Assembly: GCA_900547225.1 (NCBI GenBank)
Contig: URFW01000003.1
Coordinates: 13,054 to 77,053 of the forward strand
Origin: an uncultured Mycoplasmatota bacterium
GTDB lineage: Bacteria; Bacillota_I; Bacilli_A; RF39; UBA660
Length of the DNA: 64,000 bases
Direction: 5' to 3'
The translations under genes were made by a program, and so were the position numbers. The notes below the pieces were generated by a model. The model saw only the letters and a program-made list of their open reading frames with translations. It did not search any database and was not told where the DNA came from. Positions 29,107-39,427 of this stretch are shown piece after piece; position 1 is the first letter of the stretch; each line of letters starts with the position of its first letter.

Positions 29107-29730
29107 TCACTTTATTTCATTAATCCAATTAGGATTATATTTCAAATTTAATTCTTTATTAGTAGTTTTATTATAATACTTAGTAACAGATTCTTTAACT
29201 TCAACACCTGGTTTAAAACCAGCATTAATATACATATAACAAGCAATTATAATTGATATTAAAGAATAATTATCATTTTTTACATATATCTTATAATTAT
29301 GTAAATCGTTATATATAATTTGCTCTGTATCTATTTGAGCTACTTGAATATCATTCATATAAATTGGACATTTAGATTCAGTTCCTAATCCAATACCATA
29401 TTCTTTATAAATCTCATTATTGTAAATTAATTCGGTATATTCATAATTACCAAATAAACCGGTTTTTTTATTTGTTTGGTATATTTCTCCAACGTTCTTT
29501 TCAGATACAATTATTTGATATGGTCTGAACTTTTTATTTTTTGTTTTTGTAAATAAACCACCCGTATATTTTAATTCAAATGGTATATTATTAAAATTAC
29601 CAATTAAAGAAGATTCCATTGAAGCTAACTTTCCTTTAACGTTAATTGAACCTAATATATTACCATTAGAAATTATTTCAAAATCTGCTTCATACATTTC
29701 TTTATTTTTTTGTCTTATATCTATCATCAT
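29107..29730 (-). CDS. hypothetical protein with C-terminal TM
   Basis: 207-aa ORF with RBS GGAGGTTATAATTT-ATG. No motif. Confidence 0.45.
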   Translation of the reverse strand: MMIDIRQKNKEMYEADFEIISNGNILGSINVKGKLASMESSLIGNFNNIPFELKYTGGLFTKTKNKKFRPYQIIVSEKNVGEIYQTNKKTGLFGNYEYTELIYNNEIYKEYGIGLGTESKCPIYMNDIQVAQIDTEQIIYNDLHNYKIYVKNDNYSLISIIIACYMYINAGFKPGVEVKESVTKYYNKTTNKELNLKYNPNWINEIK

Positions 29731-29936
29731 AAATTATAACCTCCAATTTTTAAATTTTAATCCATCATCCGATAACATAAAATCTGTAAATACTGAAAAA
29801 CTATCTTTTTTTATTTTACACTCATTTTTATTCTCCTAATATAATTTTATTATACATTATAAATAGGATGTAAATCAATTTAAAAATATATGTTAAAGTT
29901 AATTCCTTTGTTATATAATATTAATAGGAGAATGTT

Positions 29937-31043
29937 ATGGAAAAGATATTTGATTATGTTAATAAATATGGAAATTATGATTTTGATGAAAAAGTACTTG
30001 GTGAACTTGATATGCTTATATTTTCTCATCTTTCTTACCTTGACTTATCAAACTTTAAGGATGGATTAATCTATGATATAGGATCAAGTTTAAAAAATTA
30101 TGATGCAAATAATTTAGGCGATTCAGTAAAGACAGCCTATAAGTTGTTATCCTTAATATATGATAAAAAAAGATATAAAAACATAACCATGTTTAACTAT
30201 AAATACATATTAACAGATGATGTTCAAGTTGGCATATTATCTTTAAGACTTTTAAATAATGATATTATAATAAGTTTTGAAGGAACTGATAACACATTTA
30301 TAGGTTGGAAGGAAGACTTTGCACTATCTTATGAATATCCAACTAAGTCACATCTAATCGCAAGCAAATACGTAAGTGATACATTAAATAAAAATAATTG
30401 TAACATTTATTTATGTGGACATTCTAAAGGCGGGAATTTAGCATTGGTATCAGCACTTAGACTTCTTCCGTCTAAAAAGGGTAAGGTAAAGAAAATATAT
30501 TCATTTGATGGACCAGGGATCCCAGATGACATATTTAAATCCATGGATTACAATATGATTAAAGATAGACTTATTAACATAATACCTAATTATAGCATAG
30601 TTGGAGTTTTATTAAATCAGGAAAACTTAAATGTAATAAAAAGTGATGCAATAGGAATTATGCAACATGAAATATCAAGTTGGAAAGTAGAAGATGACCA
30701 CTTACTAAGATGTGAAGAATCTAGCTTGAGCAAGGAACTTGATGTTTCAATAAAAGTTTGGCTTATAAAAACAACTCGTGAAGAGCGAAGACAAATAATT
30801 GATGAAGTATTTGATATCTTTGTTAAGTCTGGTATAAAAACAACTGATGATATAAAAGAAAATAAGATAAAATCTGTAAACATGCTTTTAAAAAATTTAA
30901 ATGGTTTTTCAAAGGAAACAAGAACTTTATTTAATAATTATATGAAGATGTTAATTGGTGAAATGGGTACGAATATAATAAATGATAAAAAGAAAGTTAT
31001 TAAAGAAAAAATAAGTGAGTTAAAAGATAAATACGATACTTAA
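29937..31043 (+). CDS. alpha/beta-hydrolase, lipase class 3-like (Mbeg1/DUF2974-type)
   Basis: Nucleophile elbow LCGHSKGGNLA (G-H-S-x-G). Promoter has an extended -10 TGTTATATAAT. Confidence 0.6.
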   Translation: MEKIFDYVNKYGNYDFDEKVLGELDMLIFSHLSYLDLSNFKDGLIYDIGSSLKNYDANNLGDSVKTAYKLLSLIYDKKRYKNITMFNYKYILTDDVQVGILSLRLLNNDIIISFEGTDNTFIGWKEDFALSYEYPTKSHLIASKYVSDTLNKNNCNIYLCGHSKGGNLALVSALRLLPSKKGKVKKIYSFDGPGIPDDIFKSMDYNMIKDRLINIIPNYSIVGVLLNQENLNVIKSDAIGIMQHEISSWKVEDDHLLRCEESSLSKELDVSIKVWLIKTTREERRQIIDEVFDIFVKSGIKTTDDIKENKIKSVNMLLKNLNGFSKETRTLFNNYMKMLIGEMGTNIINDKKKVIKEKISELKDKYDT

Positions 31044-31113
31044 TATAAATGATTTAAATGGTAAATACACTTGTAAATAGTGTATTTTTTTTCTATAATA
31101 TCATTGAGATGAG

Positions 31114-31863
31114 GTGTTAACTTTGAAAAAAACGGTACTTATAACAGGAGGTTCTAGAGGAATAGGTAAGGAAACTAGCATAGAATTTGCAAAAAACGGA
31201 TATAACGTTGTAATAAATTATGTGAGTGACGAAAAGTCTGCGCTTTCCTTAAAAGAAGAATTAGAAGAAAAATATGATTCTGATGTTATGCTATGTAAGT
31301 GTGATGTATCAAATGAGATAGACATAAAAAAAATGGTAAATGATGTAATTAATTATTATGGAAGGATAGATGTACTTATTAACAATGCTGCTATTGCTTT
31401 AGATTGTGTGTTTGAAGATAAAAAGGTAAGTGATTTTAAAAAAGTATTAGATATTAATTTAATTGGCCCATTTACTTTATCAAGAGAAGTTGGGAAAAAC
31501 ATGCTTGAACATAAAAGTGGTGTAATTATAAACGTATCTTCTACCAACGCGATTGATACATATTATGAATATGGCTTAGATTATGATGCATCAAAGGCAG
31601 CACTTATTTCTCTTACTCATAATCTATCTAAGCATTTTGCTCCTTACGTAAGAGTAAATGCAGTGGCACCTGGCTGGGTTAACACTGATATGAATAGAAA
31701 CCTAGATGAAGACTACATAAAAGAAGAGGAAAAAAACATTTACTTAAAGAGATTTGCAGAAACTAAAGAAATAGCTAAAGTTATATACTTTTTAGCAAGT
31801 GATGATGCAAGTTATATAACAAACGAAGTAATAAGGGTAGATGGCGGATATAATCACGGGTAA
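31114..31863 (+). CDS. SDR-family oxidoreductase (FabG-like); start may be TTG 31123
   Basis: TGGSRGIGK Rossmann motif, NNAA, and catalytic Y-x3-K (YDASKAA). Confidence 0.85.
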   Translation: MLTLKKTVLITGGSRGIGKETSIEFAKNGYNVVINYVSDEKSALSLKEELEEKYDSDVMLCKCDVSNEIDIKKMVNDVINYYGRIDVLINNAAIALDCVFEDKKVSDFKKVLDINLIGPFTLSREVGKNMLEHKSGVIINVSSTNAIDTYYEYGLDYDASKAALISLTHNLSKHFAPYVRVNAVAPGWVNTDMNRNLDEDYIKEEEKNIYLKRFAETKEIAKVIYFLASDDASYITNEVIRVDGGYNHG

Positions 31864-31891
31864 ATTATATAAAAATAGGAGTTGATATAAT

Positions 31892-33145
31892 ATGTATAAT
31901 GAATTTGGTATAAGTGATAAAGCAAAAAACTTGGTATTAAAAGCAGAAAAAAGCCTAACTGAAGAATTTAAAAAAATAGATGATATGTGTGATATAAATA
32001 GTTTGAAAGTTTTAAAAGCATTTAGTGATAATAAGATATCAGAAGCACATTTTGGAAGTACAACAGGGTATGGTTATGATGATATAGGCCGTGATGCAAT
32101 AGAGCGTGTTTTTTCGTCCGTATTAGAATCAGAAGATGCCATTGTTAGAAGTCAGTTTATCTCTGGGTCACATGCACTATGCGTTTGTTTATTCGCGTTT
32201 TTAAGGCCTGGTGACTTAATGCTAAGTATAACAGGTACTCCATATGACACTCTTCATGAGGTAATAGGAATAAAAGAAAATAAAAGTTCTTTAAAATCAT
32301 TTGGCATTAAATATGATGAAATAGATTTATTAGATAATGACTTTGATTATGAAAAAATAGAAAATTATATCAAGAATAATAAAGTAAAATTAATAGAAAT
32401 TCAAAGAAGTAAGGGATATTCTACTAGAAAAAGTATCGTTATAGAAAAACTTGAAAAAGTAATTAAATTAATAAAAAAAATAGATGATGACATAATAATA
32501 ATGGTTGATAATTGTTATTGTGAGTTTGTTGGTGATAAAACGCCAACAAAAGTTGGAGCGGACATAATAGTTGGTTCGTTAATTAAAAACTTAGGTGGCG
32601 GAATAGCTCCTAATGGAGCTTACGTAGCAGGAAAAAGGAAACTTATTGATTTGGTAGGCGAAAGACTAACACTTCCTGGTGAGGGAAGAGAAGTTGGCCC
32701 AACTCTTGGAATAAATAAACAAATATTACAAGGTATTTTTATGTCTCCTTCTGTTGTTGCATCAGCTCTTAAAACGGCTGTTTTAACAAGTAAAGTACTA
32801 GAAGATTTAGGTTACAACGTGGAACCTAAATACAATGAAGAAAGAGCAGACATTGTTCAAAATATAGTATTTAATAACGAAGAAGACTTAGTTAAATATT
32901 GTGCGGGTATTCAAAGCGCTTCTCCAATTGATTCATTTTCAAAACCTCTACCTTGGGATATGCCAGGATACGATGATAAAGTAGTTATGGCAGCGGGCAC
33001 TTTTACGCAAGGCTCTTCAATAGAACTTTCTTGTGACGGACCTATAAGACCTCCTTTTATAGCATATCAACAAGGAAGTCTTACTTATCCATATGGTAAA
33101 TTAGCAGTAATGCGTGCGGTTACAGAATTATTAAATAAAAAATAA
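31892..33145 (+). CDS. PLP-dependent methionine-gamma-lyase-like 'aluminium resistance' family protein (YnbB-like)
   Basis: Diagnostic N-terminus of this family (EAHFGSTTGYGYDDIGRDAIERVF...SGSHAL), 417 aa. Confidence 0.75.
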   Translation: MYNEFGISDKAKNLVLKAEKSLTEEFKKIDDMCDINSLKVLKAFSDNKISEAHFGSTTGYGYDDIGRDAIERVFSSVLESEDAIVRSQFISGSHALCVCLFAFLRPGDLMLSITGTPYDTLHEVIGIKENKSSLKSFGIKYDEIDLLDNDFDYEKIENYIKNNKVKLIEIQRSKGYSTRKSIVIEKLEKVIKLIKKIDDDIIIMVDNCYCEFVGDKTPTKVGADIIVGSLIKNLGGGIAPNGAYVAGKRKLIDLVGERLTLPGEGREVGPTLGINKQILQGIFMSPSVVASALKTAVLTSKVLEDLGYNVEPKYNEERADIVQNIVFNNEEDLVKYCAGIQSASPIDSFSKPLPWDMPGYDDKVVMAAGTFTQGSSIELSCDGPIRPPFIAYQQGSLTYPYGKLAVMRAVTELLNKK

Positions 33146-33210
33146 TTTATTTTACGCTTTTATTTATAGTTTCAAAAACACGTGTTATAATAAATTGTAA
33201 GGAGTAAGAA

Positions 33211-34647
33211 ATGAAAAATAAAAATGATATTATAAAAAACAAGGGATTAATCTTAATAATTATTTTTTCTTTTTCTTTGATATTTTCACTTGTATACGTA
33301 AACTTTTACGCAAGTAATATTTATGTTAAAGACTTTAAAAGTACCGAGAAAATAGAAGTGTTTAAAAAATATAAAAACAGTAAGATAACCGCTTGTTATG
33401 GAACTAGAATAAGATGCAAGAAAATTACTTACAAAATAAAGGGGAGCGTTAATACTAAAAGAATTGGTACTTATAACGTAACTTATAAGATTGATTATAA
33501 AGATAAGCACGTATCTAAAATTAAAAAAGTTACCGTAGTTGATACTAAAAAGCCAGAATTAGTAATTGAAGGTTCCTTTTTAAACGTTTGTCCAAACGGA
33601 AAAACAAGTGATGTTAAGATAAGTGCAACTGATAATTATGATGGTGACATAACAAAAAATGTAAAATATAAAATAGAAAAAAATAAAATTAAATATAGAG
33701 TATCAGATTCATCTGGTAATATGGCAAGAAAAGAGTTTGATGTTAATATTATGGATAATGAAAAACCTAGTTTAATTTTAAATGACGAATCTATTATATA
33801 TTTAAGTGTGGGTGCAAAATACGTAGAACCAGGCTATGTTGCAATTGATAATTGTGATGGAAACATAACGGATCAAGTTTTAGTAAGTGGTGCAGTAGAT
33901 ACTAAAAAGCCTGGAACTTACGTTTTGACATACAGCGTAAAAGATGAAGAAGGAAATTTAAGTGAAGCAAAAAGAACCATAAAAATTTTCCCTAAAAATA
34001 ACTATAAACCAGGAGTTAATACCGCTAAAACAATTTATTTAACGTTTGATGATGGACCTGGAGCACATACGGCAAGACTACTTGACATACTTAAAAATTA
34101 TAATGTTAAGGCAACCTTTTTCGTAACGGGATATAATAACAATTACAATGATTTATTAAAAAGGGAAAAAGAAGAAGGTCACACGATTGGTCTTCATAGT
34201 TATTCACATAATTATAGTCTTATTTATACATCAATTGATGCTTATATGGAAGATTTATTAAGTATACAAAATAAAGTTAAGGAGTATACTGGCGAGGAAT
34301 CCAAAATAATAAGATTTCCAGGAGGTAGTTCTAATACGATAAGTAGAAAATATAGGGCCCATATAATGAGTGATTTAACAAGTAAGGTAGAATCCCTTGG
34401 ATTTAGATACTTTGATTGGACAATTGTATCAGGTGATGCTGGAGATACTAAGGATTCAAATAAGATAGTGTCAAACGTAACTGGTGGGATTACGGAAGAT
34501 GGGTTAAACGTTGTTTTAATGCACGACATAAAACCTTATACGGTAGATGCTATTGAAAGAATAATTACGTTTGGTCTTTCTAATGGATATACGTTTGCAC
34601 CTCTTACGATGGATAGTCCGGTTGTGCATCAAAAGGTTAATAACTAA
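33211..34647 (+). CDS. polysaccharide deacetylase (NodB domain) with N-terminal Ig-like (DUF5011/HYR-type) repeats
   Basis: TFDDGP, H-S-x-S-H (GLHSYSHNY) and the other NodB motifs in the C-terminal half. Two repeats of roughly 60 aa (…DNYDGDITKNV… / …DNCDGNITDQV…) lie upstream. Signal-anchor at the N-terminus. Confidence 0.85.
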   Translation: MKNKNDIIKNKGLILIIIFSFSLIFSLVYVNFYASNIYVKDFKSTEKIEVFKKYKNSKITACYGTRIRCKKITYKIKGSVNTKRIGTYNVTYKIDYKDKHVSKIKKVTVVDTKKPELVIEGSFLNVCPNGKTSDVKISATDNYDGDITKNVKYKIEKNKIKYRVSDSSGNMARKEFDVNIMDNEKPSLILNDESIIYLSVGAKYVEPGYVAIDNCDGNITDQVLVSGAVDTKKPGTYVLTYSVKDEEGNLSEAKRTIKIFPKNNYKPGVNTAKTIYLTFDDGPGAHTARLLDILKNYNVKATFFVTGYNNNYNDLLKREKEEGHTIGLHSYSHNYSLIYTSIDAYMEDLLSIQNKVKEYTGEESKIIRFPGGSSNTISRKYRAHIMSDLTSKVESLGFRYFDWTIVSGDAGDTKDSNKIVSNVTGGITEDGLNVVLMHDIKPYTVDAIERIITFGLSNGYTFAPLTMDSPVVHQKVNN

Positions 34648-34740
34648 GAGAATTTATTTTATTCTCTTTTTTTGTAGTTTAAAGTTTATTCATAAAATGA
34701 TTAATTGCATTAAATATTAGTGAAATAAGGGGGAAAATTT

Positions 34741-35688
34741 ATGCAAAAAAAAGGAATTGACATAAGTCACCATCAAGGAGACATCGACTTTGACAAATTA
34801 AAAGGAAACATAGATTTTGCAATGGTAAGAACAAGTTATGGTTCGTTTTATGAAGATAAAAAATATAAAAGAAACATAAAAGAGTTAGAAAGAGTAAAAA
34901 TTCCGTACGGATTATATCACTTTTCTTATGCAACAAATGTAGAGTCTGCAAAAAAGGAGGCTACAGGTTTTATAAACATAATAAAAAAATATAATCCTTT
35001 ATATCCAGTTGTAATTGATATAGAAAGCTCAAGCAGAACGTCTAACGTTAGGAATGATACATTAGTTGATATAACATCTACCATATGCTCTATGATAGAA
35101 AGTGCCGGATATTACGTAATGATATATGCTAATAAGGATTATTTAACTGGTAAATTAAATAGTTCAAAACTAGATAGATATGATAAGTGGCTTGCCGAAT
35201 GGAGTAGTAAACCTACGTATAATAAAAACTTTGGTATCTGGCAGTATTCATCTAAGGGAAGCTTGCCTGGAATAGTAGGGAACGTTGATTTAAACATCGC
35301 TTATAAAGATTATCCTAGTATAATTAACAATAAAAAACCAGATGCATCATCTAGTGATAGAAAAAAAGAAAGTAATTCCGTTATAAATTACGTGGTTAAA
35401 AAAGGAGATACGCTAAGCGCTATTGCAAGTAAATATAACACCAATTATAAATCTTTAGCAGAGTATAACAACATTAAAAATCCTAATAAAATTTATCCTG
35501 GACAAATAATAAAAATACCAAATAAAGAGGCTTCTGCTCCAACAACTTACATTGTAAAAAAGAAAGATACATTAAGTGCTATTGCAAGTAAATATAATAC
35601 TACTTGGAAAAAACTATATGAAAAAAATAAAAACGTAATTGGTAAAAATCCTAATAAAATATATCCAGGAATGGTATTAAAAATATGA
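34741..35688 (+). CDS. GH25 muramidase (lysozyme) with two C-terminal LysM domains
   Basis: GIDISHHQG...DFAMVRTSYG GH25 N-terminus. Two LysM repeats (YVVKKGDTLSAIASKYNT..., YIVKKKDTLSAIASKYNT...). Confidence 0.85.
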   Translation: MQKKGIDISHHQGDIDFDKLKGNIDFAMVRTSYGSFYEDKKYKRNIKELERVKIPYGLYHFSYATNVESAKKEATGFINIIKKYNPLYPVVIDIESSSRTSNVRNDTLVDITSTICSMIESAGYYVMIYANKDYLTGKLNSSKLDRYDKWLAEWSSKPTYNKNFGIWQYSSKGSLPGIVGNVDLNIAYKDYPSIINNKKPDASSSDRKKESNSVINYVVKKGDTLSAIASKYNTNYKSLAEYNNIKNPNKIYPGQIIKIPNKEASAPTTYIVKKKDTLSAIASKYNTTWKKLYEKNKNVIGKNPNKIYPGMVLKI

Positions 35689-35789
35689 TTTTGGTTAACA
35701 CTACATAGTGTTAACCTTTTTAGTTACTATTGACTTTGAAATAAAATAAATGTATTCTATATTTAGATAATAAAGGAGAGAAGATTATA

Positions 35790-36302
35790 ATGAAGAAACA
35801 AAGTATAGCAATTATTGGCGTTATAGCATTCGTTTTAGCAGTTGTAGTTGGATATGCATTATTTAGTGATAATTTAACTGTTAGTGGTAGTGCAACCGCA
35901 ACCGGAGATTTTGATGTTGAGTTTACTAGTGTAGGAGAAATTACTAAGGTAGGTTATACAGCAGTTGATGCAACTGAAATAGCAAAAATTTCTGAAGATA
36001 AAAACACGTTAACGGTAACTGTTAATAAGCTTGATTATCCAGGTGCTTATGTAACAATTCCTGTTACTATAACTAATAAAGGTTCAGTTTCAGCCAAATT
36101 AAAAAACATTAATGAAACCGGGTTAACACAAGATAATAGAGCAATAAAAGTTACATATACAGGTGTTGCAGCAAGTGATACGGTAATAAAAACTAATGAT
36201 ACTCAAGCAATGAATATTAAGGTAGAATGGGATCCATCTATAAATACCGGATCATCAGACGTAACTTTCCAAATCACTTTGGAATACGAACAAGCAAAGT
36301 AA
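35790..36302 (+). CDS. TasA/camelysin-like secreted protein with SipW-cognate signal peptide (paralog 1)
   Basis: MKKQSIAIIGVIAFVLAVVVGYALFSDNL fits the SipW-cognate class signal (hydrophobic helix followed by G-Y-A-x-F-S-D). Roughly 140-aa beta-rich body. RBS AAAGGAGAGAAGATTATA-ATG. Confidence 0.65.
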   Translation: MKKQSIAIIGVIAFVLAVVVGYALFSDNLTVSGSATATGDFDVEFTSVGEITKVGYTAVDATEIAKISEDKNTLTVTVNKLDYPGAYVTIPVTITNKGSVSAKLKNINETGLTQDNRAIKVTYTGVAASDTVIKTNDTQAMNIKVEWDPSINTGSSDVTFQITLEYEQAK

Positions 36303-36345
36303 AAATAGGTCATCCTATTTTTTTTAATATGTGAGGTGGATAAAA

Positions 36346-36864
36346 ATGAAAAAACAAAACATGATAATAATAGTCGTGGTTGCTTTTTTGCTTACGATAA
36401 CAATTGGTTACGCATTATTTAGTGAAAGTTTGAGCATCAATGGAACAGCTTTAGCAGAAGGAACTTTTGATGTTGAATTTACTTCTGTTGGAACACCTAC
36501 GTGTATAGGTTTTACCGGAACATGTGATTCTAATACATTAACTGGTATTTCATCTGATAAAAATACGTTAAACGTGACCGTTAATAAATTGGAATTTCCA
36601 GGTGCTTATGTTGAATTTCCTGTTACCGTAACTAGTAAAGGTACTATTCCTGCGGTTTTGGAAAGTATTTCAGAAACAGGACTTGAAACTGATGATACCA
36701 TAAAGGTAACATACACCGGTATATCCGAATTAAAGGGCCAAAAATTAGAACAAAACGGGACTCAAACTTTTAGTATTAAAGTTAAATGGGATGAAAATTC
36801 TAATAAATCTTCTGAAAACGTGCAATTTTCAATAAAAATGAATTATAAACAAATTGCAGAATAG
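36346..36864 (+). CDS. TasA/camelysin-like secreted protein (paralog 2)
   Basis: …IGYALFSESL signal and a body collinear with paralog 1 (KLEFPGAYVEFPVTVTSKGTIPAVLESI). Start set to ATG 36346 after RBS GTGAGGTGG. Confidence 0.65.
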   Translation: MKKQNMIIIVVVAFLLTITIGYALFSESLSINGTALAEGTFDVEFTSVGTPTCIGFTGTCDSNTLTGISSDKNTLNVTVNKLEFPGAYVEFPVTVTSKGTIPAVLESISETGLETDDTIKVTYTGISELKGQKLEQNGTQTFSIKVKWDENSNKSSENVQFSIKMNYKQIAE

Positions 36865-36981
36865 TTATTGCTTAGAGGTGGAAGTAAATTCCGCCTTTTA
36901 AATTGAAAAAAACTGCTATTTATGATAGTATTTATATGTAAAAATAGAGATAAATATGATATGACATAGAAGGGGTAATTT

Positions 36982-37587
36982 ATGGAAACACATTCAAAAA
37001 ATAAAAAAAGTTTAAAAATTATTAGTGTTATAGTTGCAATATTGGTGTGTTTAATGAGTGTTGGTTACGCCTTTTTTAGTGATTCTTTATCTATTAATGG
37101 AGTTGCATCAACCGTTGATTACTATAGTGGTACAATGCTTCCAACAAACCCTATTATGTTAAAACCTGAAGATAATTTATATAGTACCTATGATACGTCT
37201 AGAAGTAAACTTTCTTTAAGGGAAGAACACTGGGTTGGAGACACTTTTATAGTAATTTGGAACAAGGGAGTAGGTATTTCAATATCAAGAAAGACAATTA
37301 CTTATACAATTTCATTTTCTAATCCAACTGAACTTCCATATACGAATGGACAAGTTACTACTAAAATAGAAAATAATGGTTTAGGTTATATAAAAAGTGC
37401 AACAGGATCACTTTCTAAAACTACATTACAGCCCGGTGAGGCAGTAGAAGTTAAACTAACTATTACATCTAATTTTTTATCAAGACTAGATGATCAAGAT
37501 ATAACTGCTACAATTTCATATGAACTTCAAGGGGAGACAAAGTATTTTTACTTTGTAGTTAAGTATCGCGGTTGGGATAATGATTAG
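36982..37587 (+). CDS. TasA/camelysin-like secreted protein (paralog 3, divergent body)
   Basis: …VGYAFFSDSL signal. The body is more divergent and Thr/Ser-rich. Confidence 0.6.
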   Translation: METHSKNKKSLKIISVIVAILVCLMSVGYAFFSDSLSINGVASTVDYYSGTMLPTNPIMLKPEDNLYSTYDTSRSKLSLREEHWVGDTFIVIWNKGVGISISRKTITYTISFSNPTELPYTNGQVTTKIENNGLGYIKSATGSLSKTTLQPGEAVEVKLTITSNFLSRLDDQDITATISYELQGETKYFYFVVKYRGWDND

Positions 37588-37615
37588 TATATTTAGGAAT
37601 AAGGGTGGTGAAAGA

Positions 37616-38812
37616 GTGAAAAGAAGATTAAAAATAATTTTATTGTCGATATTAATTTTAATATCGGCAGCACTTGAGTTTGCGGGCTTATCAGCTCATT
37701 TTGGATCTTCTTATTCTTATGTTATAAAACCAATTATTTGGGTGTTTATTGGCATAATAACGTATTTTTTCTTTAATGACGATGTTATTCCAAATCTAAA
37801 GCATAAAAAAGAAGTAGAGTTTTATACAATAGTAACAACACTTATATACTTTGTAATATATTTTGGTTTAGGTTATATAAAAGGTTTTGCACATAATCCA
37901 TATGACTACACGCTAAAGGGAGTATTAAATAATTTATGGGTGTTTGTTCCTGTTGTAATTGTAAAAGAATACGTAAGATATTACATGATTAATAATACTG
38001 GTACAAAAAATATATTATTACATGCATTATTAATTTCTATTTTACTTACTATGATAGATTTAAATATATACAAGCTTAACTCTTATTTTTCAACGTCACT
38101 AAGTGTTTTTGAATTTATAATTCAAAACTTTATCCCGAAATTGATAACAAATTTATATTTAACATACATATCATACTATGCTGGATATAAAACTACAATT
38201 ATTTATGCTTTCATACCACAATTTTTGTTGTATGTTTTACCAATACTTCCAGATTTGGATATGGCAACAATGTCTATTCTAAATTCATCTATTCCATTTT
38301 TCTCTTATGTTTATATAAATTATATTATAAATAAGCTAGAGAAAACGTTGGATAGGAAAAGAAATAAAGTGGTGGGTATAAAAGGATATGTATTAATGAT
38401 TTTATTTGTTATCATCATGATTTTATTTGGGCTTGGTATATTTAGTGTTCAACCGCTTGTTATTGCAAGTAATAGCATGTTACCTAGCATAAGAAAGGGA
38501 GATATTGTAATAATAACAAATAAGAACACCAAAAAAATAAAAAAAGGAGAAATAATAAGATATAGGATTGATAATTATTATGTTGTCCATAGAGTTGTTT
38601 TAATAAAAAAAGATGAAAGAGGAAACAGAACGTTTATAACTAAGGGAGATAACAATAGCAACATTGATCTTTTTGCGGTAAAAGAATCTCAAGTAGATGG
38701 GGTTGTTAAAGTGGATATTCCTTATTTAGGTTACCCGACTTTATTGTTTAATAAACTACTAAATACTGGAGTAGATAAAAGGGTTATAATTGATAAAGGA
38801 AGAATAAATTAA
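37616..38812 (+). CDS. sipW: SipW-type (archaeal/ER-type) signal peptidase I fused to a ~260-aa polytopic N-terminal membrane domain
   Basis: The C-terminal roughly 130 aa carry the SPase boxes (IASNSMLPSIRKGD with the catalytic Ser in SM-x-P, YYVVHRVV with His, and TKGDNN). The N-terminal about 260 aa are highly hydrophobic with at least 7 predicted TM helices and no recognisable motif. Start set to GTG 37616, which is 5 nt after AAGGGTGGTG; the six-frame ORF begins at 37580. Confidence 0.75.
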   Translation: MKRRLKIILLSILILISAALEFAGLSAHFGSSYSYVIKPIIWVFIGIITYFFFNDDVIPNLKHKKEVEFYTIVTTLIYFVIYFGLGYIKGFAHNPYDYTLKGVLNNLWVFVPVVIVKEYVRYYMINNTGTKNILLHALLISILLTMIDLNIYKLNSYFSTSLSVFEFIIQNFIPKLITNLYLTYISYYAGYKTTIIYAFIPQFLLYVLPILPDLDMATMSILNSSIPFFSYVYINYIINKLEKTLDRKRNKVVGIKGYVLMILFVIIMILFGLGIFSVQPLVIASNSMLPSIRKGDIVIITNKNTKKIKKGEIIRYRIDNYYVVHRVVLIKKDERGNRTFITKGDNNSNIDLFAVKESQVDGVVKVDIPYLGYPTLLFNKLLNTGVDKRVIIDKGRIN

Positions 38813-38920
38813 TTGTAAAATAATGACAAATAATATCATAAATAAACATAGTTTGTCTGATATCATTGAAGTTTATATTAATTGTTGTTATAATTTTTTA
38901 ATAGGAGCATATGAAAATAT

Positions 38921-39415
38921 ATGAAAAAACAAAATCTGTTAATTATATTGATTATTTTTTCTTTGCTTGTTATACTTATTGGATATTCGGTTTTTAAAAT
39001 GAGTGCTAATATAAGGAATGTAATGACATCTAATAGTGATATAAACGTAGAGTTTAAAAGCATCGGAAAAATATATGAAAGTGGAAGTGTTGGTGCTGAT
39101 GCAGTTATATCAAAAGATAGAAAAATAATTTTTATAAACATTCCTAAATTAACTTATCAAGGAGCTTACGTAATTATACCAATAATGGTAGAAAACGTTG
39201 GTACAACACCTGTAAGATTAAGTTCTATTTATGAATATGATACAAAAGATAGTGACACAATAAAGGTGTACTATGATGGTATTGCAATAACTGATAAGGT
39301 TTTAAATCCAGGTGATGTTGAGGAATTTAGAGTCAAAGTGATATGGGAAAATAAACAGGATAATAAACCAATTAAAATGAATTTTTACTTAAAATTAAAT
39401 TACGTTCAAGAATAG
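38921..39415 (+). CDS. TasA/camelysin-like secreted protein (paralog 4)
   Basis: …IGYSVFKMSAN degenerate signal. The body aligns with the other paralogs (KLTYQGAYVIIPIMVENVGTTPVRLSSI). Confidence 0.6.
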   Translation: MKKQNLLIILIIFSLLVILIGYSVFKMSANIRNVMTSNSDINVEFKSIGKIYESGSVGADAVISKDRKIIFINIPKLTYQGAYVIIPIMVENVGTTPVRLSSIYEYDTKDSDTIKVYYDGIAITDKVLNPGDVEEFRVKVIWENKQDNKPIKMNFYLKLNYVQE

Positions 39416-39427
39416 GAGGTATATGAC

